Shown: in pieces, positions 20,507 through 32,500 of the stretch
How the letters are laid out: each line of letters starts with the position of its first letter
Numbering within the stretch: position 1 is the stretch's first letter
Assembly: GCA_040379705.1 (NCBI GenBank)
Contig: JBEIKR010000001.1
Coordinates: 13,973-77,972 of the forward strand
DNA from: Crocinitomicaceae bacterium
Lineage (GTDB): Bacteria; Bacteroidota; Bacteroidia; Flavobacteriales_D; Crocinitomicaceae
Length of the DNA stretch: 64,000 bases
Direction of reading: 5' to 3'
Program-made: the position numbers and the translations under genes
The notes under the pieces: generated by a model
Seen by the model: only the letters and a program-made list of their open reading frames with translations
The model's database searches: none
What the model was told of the DNA's origin: nothing

Positions 20507-20547
20507 CAAAAAAACCTGAGCCATCCACATCAAGGGAGACTCAGGTT
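20507..20547 (-). terminator. candidate rho-independent terminator of the giant cargo gene
   Basis: On the minus strand AACCTGAG, a 19-nt loop and CTCAGGTT are followed by TTTTTTTG, 26 nt after the stop codon at 20573. Confidence 0.55.
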
Positions 20548-20572
20548 CGTGAACTTTATCTACACTTGCGAA

Positions 20573-23500
20573 CTATTTCAACAATACAACATGTCCGACA
20601 TATTCGTTAGCCAATTCATTCTGTAAACCTGTGCAGCGGATTTTCCATGTATATACTCCATCTTGTACTGCATCACTGGCAGATGACAAACCAGCATTGT
20701 AAAGAGATCCATCCCATCCTGTGTCTGGGTCTTTTGTACTAAAGACCTGTTCACCCCAACGATTGAAAATGATTAACTCATAGGAATCTCGATCAAATCC
20801 AGAAGTCATTGTAGGTAAGAAGATATCGTTTGTACCATCATTATTCGGTGTAAATGAATTTGGAACATAATATATTAACTCTTCAAAAACAGTCACAGTG
20901 AGCATCATCGTGTCATAACATCCAGCCTCATTGTACGCATAGAGGGTCACGACATAATCAAGCGGCACTTCCGGGAAGGTATGCGCTGGATCGATCGCCA
21001 AACTCGTTGTTCCATCGCTGAAATCCCATAGATAAGAGTACGCATTGGTAGATTGATTCGTAAAGAGCACTTCAGTGGCTGTCGTAAAAACGGTGTCGTT
21101 GTTCACATAGAACATCGCATTCGGGTTATCATACGCACACACCATTTCTGATTGAGTAACAGACACCGCACATCCTGCAGTATTGGTAATGGTTAGGGTA
21201 ACATCATAACATCCTGCCTGGAGATATTGATGGTCAATAGCACCAACCTGATTCGATATTTGTCCATCCCCAAAATCCCATAATACACTTGTGTTTGGTG
21301 CATTTACTAAGTCTGTGAATGTCACATACATTGAAACACACCCAGCAGTATCCGATACATCAAAATCAACAGTTGGAGAACCTAATATCGTTACTGTTTC
21401 TGTGGCAACCCCAGAACAATTTGACTGAAGATCTACCGCATTTAATGTAATAGTGTATGTGCCAGGCGCATTATAGGAATATAAAGGAGTAGGATCAGTC
21501 GATGTCCCACCATCTCCGAAAGTCCAAACGAAATCAAGTGTTGGTGATGACGTGTTTGTGATATCCAATAAACTTTGAACGCAAAGTGGGCTGTTTGCCA
21601 CTGTAAACCCAATGTTAGGCGCTTGTGTTACCTGTACATTTATATTGTTCGATGGCCCTACACAACCCGCAGCGCTTGGCGTAACAGTATAAACAACCGT
21701 TTGTGTCACATTGCTGAGATTTACCAATTCGTCATCAATCACTGAACTAGTCTGGGTGGAAATAGATTCACCAACTACCGAACTATTCTGCGCCGCACTC
21801 CAGGTGTAAGTAGATGGGATATTCGATATTAAGTTATAGTTTACAATCTGTCCTGAACAAATTGTCACATCACTGTGCTGCAGTATCGGGAGTGGATTTA
21901 CAAATACCCACACAGGAATATTTGAACTTGTGCACCCTGTAAGGATAGATGTTGCTTCTATGTTATACACCACTTCCTGCTGTGTCGTAGAATTGTTAAT
22001 TAACAGATCATTTATAAGATCCGATGATTGAGAAACAGTTGTTTCACCCTGCACTATCCCATTATTTGTTGCATACCAACTAAATACCGCATTTTCTGTT
22101 CCTTGAAGGTTTAATGAAACATTGCCTTCACTGCAAATTGTCAACGAATCTAGGTTGGACAAACGAACAGATGGGTGTACCAATACATTAATGGCTTTCG
22201 TAATGCCCGGACAAGCCAATGGTGATGATGTTGGAGTCACAAGATATGTGACAAATTGATCAAGTGTTGTCGTATTAATCAGTTGATCGTTAATGAAATT
22301 GCCATTTTGCAGAATTAACGATTCACCACTAATGTTTGGATTATCTTGTGCCACCCATGTGAATGTTGATGTAACATTCGCTTGCAATGCGATATTTGTA
22401 TATTCATCACTACAAATTTCATAAGTAATCGGACTAATAAGGTTCACATCTGGTATGACTTCCACCATAAAATCTACCGGGGATCCTTGACAACCTTGTG
22501 GAGATGACGTTGGTGTCACGGTGTATGTAACATATTCAATGACCGTCCCATTGTTTTGGAGTGTATTTGACACCGTCGGAGAATTAAACGGAATGAGTGT
22601 TTCACCATTGACATTTGCATTGTTCGTAGCCAACCAGCTGAATGTTGAGTTAATATCTGCGGTCAAACTTACATTCACACTTCCATTATTACATAATGTA
22701 AAATCGCTGATTGGAGGAATGTTTGGTAATGGGTTTACAGTAATTGAATAAATTGAACCCGTTCCAACGCAAGCCGCTTGACTGGAAGTAATGGCCGTAC
22801 CCTGGAACTGTACAATTTCAGCATTCACACTGGAATTATTCAGAGTCATGGATTGAATAACACTTCCACCGGAAGTATTTGGCACACCAGAAATAAACGC
22901 TGGGATTGTCACAACATCCCAACTAATTATTGCACCTGCTGTCGCCGATGAAATCGTCACAGGCAATGTAGATTCATCTGAACAAATGATTTGCGAAGGA
23001 ATGCTATATTGAACAGTTGGTATTGGGTCCACAGTGATGGTGAAATTTTGAGGTGTTCCGTAACACGTTAAGCCCGCATTCAAATATTGCGGTGTCACAG
23101 TCAGCGCAGCCGTCACCGGATTCGACAATAAATTATTTCCATTGAACGACGCAATAGATCCAATTCCCGTTCCCGCTAAGCCAATACTAGGCAATGAATT
23201 GTTCCATGCATATGATGTGGCGTTCCCACTAAACGTTATTGGCAACGTTGCTGTTTGATGACAAACCACTTGGTCTGTAGGGTCAGACACTGAAGGTGTC
23301 GGGTTAATTGTAATCGTAAACGTTTTAGATTGACCTGCGCAGTTCGTACCATTGAGTGAGTTGGATGGTACAACAGTGATTGTTGCCACTATCGGAACCG
23401 ATGAGGGATTAGTTGCTGCAAAAGAAGGGATTGACCCCGTTCCAGAAGATCCTATTCCAATAGATGGATCATTATTGGTCCAAGCAAATGATCCGGTATT

Positions 23501-26500
23501 GCCAGAAAAAACAATGTTTCCTGTTGGCGATCCATTGCACACCACGATATTCTGTGGTTGAGCAAGTGCAGGTGTTGGCAACACGGTAATCCCAATGGAT
23601 TCTGAGTTCCCCAAGCATGTCGTATTTCCTGATGAATAAGCTGGAACCACGTTAATGGTCGCCAAAATAGCACTATTGGATGCGTTCACAGCAGAAAAGT
23701 TATTTATCGCACCTGAGCCATTTGCGGATATACCTATGGACGGAACATTATTGGTCCAATTATAACTTGTGGCAAGGCCACTGAAATTTAAAGCACTGAC
23801 CATATTCCCATCACACACCGTTTGATCAGGAATATCATTCACGATTGGTGTAGGTAAAACTGTAATGGTAAATGTTTCAACATCTCCAGGGCAAGTGGAT
23901 GATCCATTAAACCCAGGGGTTACCGTAAAGGTGGATACAATCGGTACGTTGCCAGCATTGATTGCTGTAAACGATGATATGCTATTTGAGCCAGAAGCAC
24001 CAACTCCAATACTTGGAGTATTGTTTGTCCAGTTATAAATCGACCCTGAACCAGTAAAACCAATTGTTGGAACGGTCGCGCCGTTGCACGCAACAATATC
24101 GGATGGATCATTTACATTTTGGAACGGATTTACAGTGATTGTAAATGTTTGAGGTAATCCTTGGCAAGATGCACCAGAAATCGTTACTGTCGGAATAACG
24201 GTAACGGTACTAGAAATTGGAATTGTCCCATTGTTTGTTGCCGTAAACGGAAGGATATTTCCATTCCCTGTTGCAGATAATCCAATGGATGGATTGTTAT
24301 TTGTCCAATCAAACGTGGTTCCTGGAATTGTTCCACTAAATATGACTTCTGATGTTGTGTATGTATTGCATAAACTTAGTGAGTTAATCGGTGAAACACT
24401 TGGCCCAGAGGTCACGATTAATTCAGCCAAATCTGACGTTGCGACATCACACCCATTTCCGTTTAGGCTGATTCCAATTAAAAAATTGAATGTTCCCGGA
24501 ATGGAAATCGCAGGAGGAGTATAGGATGAGGATGTTGCACCTGGTATTGGGGATACAACACCTCCGGTTGACGTAAACCATTGATAACTGGCTGTTCCAA
24601 GACCGCCAGAATATGAGGCCGTTAAAGGAACTGCAATGGTATTTCCAGAACAAACTGTTTGACTTATTAACGGTTGACTTGTAATGGTTGGATCATCGTT
24701 TACTATGACTTCTGAAATCTGAGAAATTAACGATACGCATCCACTACTAAAATAAATCTCACAATAATAATACGTGGTGCCAATTAATGCATTGCTTGGT
24801 GTATACGTGTTACTTGTGGCACCAACAATTAAGGTCCCTCCGGTCGTTGAATTTGTTGAATTGCTGTACCATTGATAATTGGGTGAACTTGGATTTCCCG
24901 TAGATGTCACCGCAAGTGGTGTTAAGGTCCCTCCTGAACAAATAATCTGACTTGGTATTGGCTGATTGGAAATGATAGCAAGAGGGGCAACTTGAACTGC
25001 TGCAGCAAGAGACGTTGAACCACAGTTGGTTCCCTGAGAAACAACGCAATAATAATACATTGTGCCGATAACCGCTACAGGTGGAGTATATGTACTCAAT
25101 GTGGCTCCTGAAATCAATGTTCCCCCAGTGTTGCTATTCGTCGTGTTACTATACCATTGGTAATTTGCCGTACCAGTACCTCCAGTGACATTCACAGAGA
25201 GCGGCGTCACTGTAGATGCATTTTGACAATAAACTCCACCAATTGGAGCGCTTACTGTAGGATCTGAAACAACCACAACCTGAGCAGTTTGAGAATCAAC
25301 ATTCCCACATCCATTCCCTGAAAGTGTTACGCGAATAATGTAATTAAACGTTCCCGCTGTATTGAAAACAGGTGGCGTATAGGTCGCAGAAGTTGCCCCC
25401 GAAATAAGTGTATTTGTCGCCCCAACGACCGAGTACCATTGGTAACTTGGCGTTCCTGTTCCTCCAGTATAACTTGCTGTTAACGCAGGTGAAATTGAAC
25501 CGCCTACACATATCGTTTGCGTTGCCAATGGTTGAATTGAAATGGTTGGATCTGGATTTATGATGACCGTTGCAATGGAGGAGGTGATGGAAGAACAACC
25601 ACCTGTCGCAAAACTGATTACACAGAAATAGTACGTAGTCCCACTTGTTAATGTGCTTGGAGTGTATGTTGCGCTTGTTGCTCCAACGATTGCTGTCGCC
25701 CCAACTGTCGAGTTTGCCGTATTGCTAAACCACTGGTAGGCAGGACTTCCCGTACCATTCGTGTATATCACTGACAATGCGGTTGCTGTACCACCAACAC
25801 ACAGCGTTTGGGATGCAGTTGGCTGTGTGGTGATTGTTGGACCCGCTGTCACTTGTATACTTGCTACCGCAGATGCTGTGCTGCAATTAGATCCCTGTGA
25901 AACCAAACAATAATAATACACTGTTCCAATAGTGCCCACAGGCGGAGTATAGGTATTGTTTGTAGCTCCAGCGATGAGCGATCCCGTTGTGTTATTGTTG
26001 ACTGTATTGCTATACCATTGATACGAATATGAAGTTGTTAATCCTCCTGAAGCAACAATACTCAAAGGAGTAGGCGTTGCATTTTGACAATATGCGGCAC
26101 TTACTGGCGCACTCACTGTCGGATCTGAAACAACTACAATCTGTGCCGTCTGAGAATCAACAGAACCACACCCATTTCCAGAAAGTGTCACGCGAATGAT
26201 GTAATTAAACGTTCCCGCTGTATTGAATACTGGCGGTGTATAAGTCACCGCTGTGGCCCCTGTGATCAACGTATTTGTTGCACCAACGACCGAGTACCAC
26301 TGGTAACTTGGTGTACCTGCACCTCCAATGTAATTGGCAGTTAAGGCAGATGCAATGGTACCACCAACACAAATAGTCTGTGACGCGATTGGTTCAACAC
26401 TAATGGTTGGATCTGGATTTATGATTACCGTAGCTATTGAGGAGGTAATGGAAGAACAACCACTTACAGCAAAACTAATGACACAGAAATAGTACGTAGT

Positions 26501-29500
26501 CCCACTTGTTAATGTGCTTGGAGTGTACGTTGCGCTTGTTGCTCCAACGATTGCTGTCGCCCCCACTGTCGAGTTTGTCGTATTGCTAAACCATTGGTAG
26601 GCCGGACTTCCCGATCCATTCGTGTATATCACTGACAATGCGGTTGCTGTACCACCAACACACAGCGTTTGGGATGCAGTTGGCTGTGTGGTGATTGTTG
26701 GACCCGCTGTTACCTGAATTGTAGCTACTGCAGATGCTGTGCTGCAATTCGATCCCTGTGAAACCAAACAATAATAATACACTGTACCTATTGTTGCCAC
26801 AGGTGGAGTATAGGTATTGTTTGTTGCTCCAGCGATGATTGTTCCCGTAGTATTATTGTTGACAGTATTGCTATACCATTGATACGAATATGAAGATGTT
26901 AATCCTCCAGATGCAGACACGCTCAATGGAGTAATTGGTGTCGCATTTTGACAATATGAAGCACTTATTGGCGCACTCACTGTCGGATCTGAAACAACCA
27001 CAACCTGAGCAGTTTGAGAATCAACATTCCCACATCCATTCCCTGAAAGTGTCACACGAATGATGTAATTAAAGGTTCCTGCTGTATTGAAAACTGGTGG
27101 CGTATATGTGGCAGCAGTTGCCCCCGAAATAAGTGTATTTGTTGCCCCAACGACCGAATACCACTGGTAACTTGGTGTACCTGCACCACCACTATAACTT
27201 GCTGTTAAGGCAGGTGAAATTGAACCGCCAACACATATCGTTTGCGTTGCCAATGGTTGGATCGAAATGGTTGGATCTGGATTTATGATGACCGTTGCTA
27301 TATTCGAAGTAACAAGAGGACAGCCACTTGATACTAAACTTATCGTGCAGAAATAATATGTGGTTCCAGACACAGTTGATGGAGGAGTATAACTAATCGC
27401 ATTTGCTCCTGTAATTGCAGTAGCACCAACCAATGAGTTCACTGTATTACTATACCATTGGTAGCTAGGTATTCCGGCTCCACCACTATATACAACTGTT
27501 AGCGCTGTTGCCGTCCCTCCAACACAAAGCGTTTGTGTCACCAAAGGTTGAGTTGTAATTGTTGGACTTGCCGTTGTAACAATGGCTGCCGTGGCGGAAT
27601 TTACAGAACAATTTGAGCCCTGAGATACAATGCAATAGTAATAAACAGTTCCAACGGTTGCAACAGAAGGTGTAAAAGTGTTGCTTGTCGCACCCACAAT
27701 CAACGTACCTGTAGTATTGTTGTTTACTGCATTGCTATACCATTGATAACTGTAGGCTGTCGCAATACCGCCCGTTGGGTTGACTGATAATGGTGTCACT
27801 GGAGTAGCATTTTGACAATAAGTGGCAGCAACGGGAGCACTCACCGTTGGATCTGCAACAACAATAATTTGAGCATTTGTGGATTGTACAAAACCACAAC
27901 CATTTCCATTGAGGGTCACTCTAACAATATAGTTAAATGTGCCTGCTGTCGCAAAAACTGGCGGGGTATATGACGCTGCAGTGGCTCCTGCAATAAGCGT
28001 ATTGGTTGCTCCGACAACACTGTACCATTGATACGTCGCTGTACCTGCTCCATCAGTGTAATTCACAGTCAATGCTGGACTAATCGATCCGCCGACACAA
28101 ATTGTTTGAGAAGCAATTGGTTGCAAAGAAATGCTTTGAACAGTGTTTACGTTGACGGTCGCAATGGCTGATGCAATCTGAGAACACCCTCCAGTAGCGA
28201 AGGTAATTGTACAAAAATAATACAGGGTACCTAAGGTATTTCCAGGAGGAGTGAATGTCGCTGAGGTTGCTCCTACTATCGCCGTTGCCCCTGCCGTTGA
28301 ATTCACTGTATTACTAAACCATTGATAGCTAGGCGCACCCGTTCCGTTGGTATAAGCAACAGTCAATGGCGCAGGTGTTCCTCCCAAACAGATAGATTGC
28401 GTGGCCAATGGATTTGTAGTAAATGTTGGACCTGGCGTAGTGACTATGGCAGCCGTTGCTGAGTTAACAGAACAATTTGAACCTTGCGAAACAATGCAAT
28501 AGTAATATACCGTTCCAACGGTTGCAACCACAGGTGTAAATGTGCTATTGGTTGCGCCTGCGATTAATGTACCTGTTGTATTATTATTGGCAGCATTGCT
28601 GTACCATTGATAGGTATACGCCGATGCAATACCACCTGATGCTGTCACTGATAATGGCGCAACTGGTGTAGCATTTTGACAATAAGACGCACCAACTGGT
28701 GCAGTCACCGTTGGGTCGGCTAACACGATGACCTGTGCCTGTTGTGATTGCACGAAACTACATCCACTGCCACTCAATGTCACACGCACAATGTATGTAT
28801 ACGTCCCCGCTGTGGCAAATGTTGGCGGTGTGTAGGTAGATGCTGTAGCTCCCGCAATAGGCGTATTGGTTGCACCAACAACAGTGTACCATTGATATGT
28901 TGCTGTCCCCGTTCCACCCGTATAGGTAACAGAAAGAGCAGGTGAGATTGTACCGCCAACACAAATCGTTTGGGATGCAAGTGGTTGAGTAGCTATAACC
29001 GGTAATCCTACAACGTTGACGGTGGCTACGGCTGTTGTGATTGTTGAACAGCCACTGATTGGATACGTGACGACACAATAATAATAGAATGTCCCTGCAG
29101 TTGTAGTGGGTGGAACATAAGTGATAGACGTTGCACCTGCAATCAGCGTTCCCCCGGTATTTGAGTTCGTTGTATTGGAATACCACTGATAGCTTGGTGT
29201 GCCTGTTCCACCCGCTAAAGTCATGGTGATTGTTGTTGGTACTCCTCCAACACAAACGGTTTGCGTCGTTAAAGGTTGAACACTTACTGTTGGTTGACCT
29301 GTTACAATGATTGAAGCCGTTGACGACGAGGTTGAACAATTTGATCCCTGACTAACAATGCAGTAATAATAGAATGTTCCAATCGTCGCTACAGAAGGAG
29401 TGTAGGTACTACTAGTGGCCCCAGCAATAAGTGTCCCAGTGGTATTATTATTGGCCGCATTGCTATACCATTGATAGGAATATGCCGATGGAATACCTCC

Positions 29501-32500
29501 AGTTGCTGTAACGCTCAATGGAACTACTGTGGATGAGTTTTGACAATACGAGGCGGCAATTGGCGCTGTAAGTATTGGATCAGCGACCACCACAACTTGG
29601 GCTTGCTGCGAGGTAGCCGTCGAACAACCATTGCCAGTCTGAGCGACATTTACTGTATAATTAAACGTACCAGCGGTATTAAAAGTTGGTGGTGTATAGG
29701 TTGCTAAGGTTGCACCGGATATTGATGCCCCATTCAATAACCACTGGTACGAAAATGTACCCAATCCTCCAGTGGCTGATACAGTGAATGCAGGAGCTAT
29801 TGTTCCCCCAACACATATTGTTTGCGAGGCAAGCGGTTGTGTTGAAATGACTGGGTCTGCATTTAAAATGACCGTTCCTATAGCCGATGTGAATACCGAA
29901 CATCCACTTAACGGATAGGTGATCACACAATAGTAATAGGTGGTTCCTGCTGTGGCAACCGGTGGTGTAAACGTAGCAGCAGTCGCTCCTGTAATCAGGG
30001 TGCCTCCCACTGTAGAATTCACTGTATTGCTGTACCACTGATAACTAGGGGTACCCGTTCCGCCCGCAAGCGTGACACTTAAATTTGTAGGCACTCCACC
30101 CACACATAGCGTTTGAGTTGCCAAGGGTTGCGCAGTAATTGTTGGTTGACTTGTCACCAAAACGGACGCAACTGCAGACGTCGCATTGCAATTGGAACCC
30201 TGATTCACAATGCAGTAATAATAGATCGTGCCTAAAGCAGAGACAGGAGGAGTAAACGTTGACGAGGTTGCTCCGGCAATCAATGTACCCGTTGTATTAT
30301 TATTTGCAGCATTGCTATACCACTGATACGTTGGTGTACCTGTTCCTCCATTCACAGTAATTGACAGAGGAACTACAGTCGAAGAATTCTGGCAGTACGA
30401 TGCATTGACAAGACCTGTTAATGTTGGGTCAGCGATAACAACCACTTGGGCATTGGCGGAGGAAATTGCATTGCATCCATTTCCTGTTGAACTCACAGTC
30501 ACAAAATAATTGAACGTCCCAGCCGCAGCGTATGAAGGAGGTGAATATGTGCTGGCTGTGGCAGATGGTATCAGTGTGTTCGTTGCACCAGAGACACTAT
30601 ACCACTGATAACTAGCTGTACCAACACTTCCTGTGTAAGAAATTGACAGCGGCGATGATATAGTACCTCCCACACAAATTGTCTGAGCAGCTGTAGGTTG
30701 TACAGTAATTGTTGGATCCGGGAGAACCGTTATAGTTAATACATTCGATATCAATTGGCAACTAATATTGTTTAGCGTACTTATTACAATGCGTCTGTAA
30801 TAAATGGTAGCCGTTGCAACTGGGGGGTCGTAAGTGGCTGCATTCGCATTCGAGATGTTCGTCCAAGTGATATTATCCGTAGATGATTGCCATTGGTATG
30901 TCAAAACACCAGGTCCTGAAGCAGCTGTGGTTACTGTAAAGGCCGCAGGATCTCCGCCAGTACAAATTGTTTGACTTGCCGCAATCACTCCTGGATTAAT
31001 GGAAATCACAGAAATCGTTATGGGTGCGGTTGCCAATGGACATGACAATCCGTTTAGTGTACTTGTTGCGATGAGCTGATAATAAGTGGTAACAGATGTC
31101 GCTGGTGGATCATAACTCGTTCCAGTTTGCCCGGTAATGTCTGCATAACCAGTAGTTGATGATGTCGTGGATGTTTGCCATTGATAGGATATACTTCCAG
31201 AGCCAGCGGCAGGTGTCACCGTGGATAATATGATTGGGTCTTCACCAGGACATATCGTTTGTGATGCCGCAATTGTGCCCGATGAAATGGCATTAATTGT
31301 TATTGTTACCACATTCGATATAGCATTACACGCCACATTATTCGATGTGTAAATCACAATTCGTCGATAATAGATCACCGTTGATGTCACTGGTGGATCA
31401 TACGTTGCGAGGGTTGCACCTGCAATATCCACCCACGTTACATTGTTTGTGGATGACTGCCATTGATAGCTCACTATTCCTGCGCCAACAGGAGCAGTTC
31501 CTGTTAATATTGCAGGATTTCCACCTGGACAAATTAATTGATCCGAACTAATTGTTCCTGGTGACACAACATTTAATGTGGCCGTAACCGTTTGTGTTGG
31601 TCCAACGCATCCCAATAAAGATGTGGGAGTAACATTATAGGTAACAACCTGAGGTACTGTCGTTAGGTTTGTAAGAATATCCGTGATCGTATTGGTAGAT
31701 TGAGGGGTGGTTGATTCACCTGATACATTTGTATTGCTTGTTGCAGACCATGAATACGTCGCTGACATGTTTGACGTCAATGCAACAGCCAATGGAAGAG
31801 AACTACAACTCGTCACTCCGACAGGAAGCATTACGGGCAATGGATTGACAATCACCGTTTGGGTGCATGTTGACGCACACGTTGTCAAAGGCAACAAAGT
31901 TGCTGAATTCAGTGGTGTAGCAGTGAGTGATACAATAAAGGTTTTAGGAATATTCGACGTATTGGTGAATGTAATATTAGGATTCACTGCGGTTGTCGAT
32001 GTGATGGTGCTGGTGCCGCCGGTAGGATTGGTAACCGTCCAAACATAGCTCATAGGAATAGGAGTTCCTTGGCACGTGGGAACCACCGTGGTGTTTGTTG
32101 TAGCAACCGTTAATGGGCTGCACCCTGAGGTTGGAGATGTCGTAAACCCACAAGCTACAGGTGCATACACGCATATAGTTTTGGTAAATACACTATTCCC
32201 ACACGGATTTTTTACACGCAAAGTGACCGTGTACTCCCCTGGCGTATTAAACAAAACGGATAAAGCGTTTGATCCAACAGTCCAAGTAGCTTGAGAGTTA
32301 GAATTTAATGGATTTGCTCCCAATGAACCTGATGTTAAAGTCCATAACGTTGCTGGCGTATTAGGAGTGATGGTCCAATAAAATGGAGATGTTGAAACAC
32401 AACTGGCACCATTTGCAGTGGGAAGCGTCCACCCGAAAAAAGATGTATTTGTAAAATTCACCGAGGACCCAACACAAATATAACTGGATGAATTTGTGAA

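Noticed and set aside
28758-29339. 193-aa same-strand alternate-frame ORF inside the giant gene, plus other 60-120 aa ORFs across 24400-31600
   Set aside because: The repetitive, stop-poor repeat DNA keeps alternative frames open. The main frame is continuous for 4380 codons and carries all the domain signatures.
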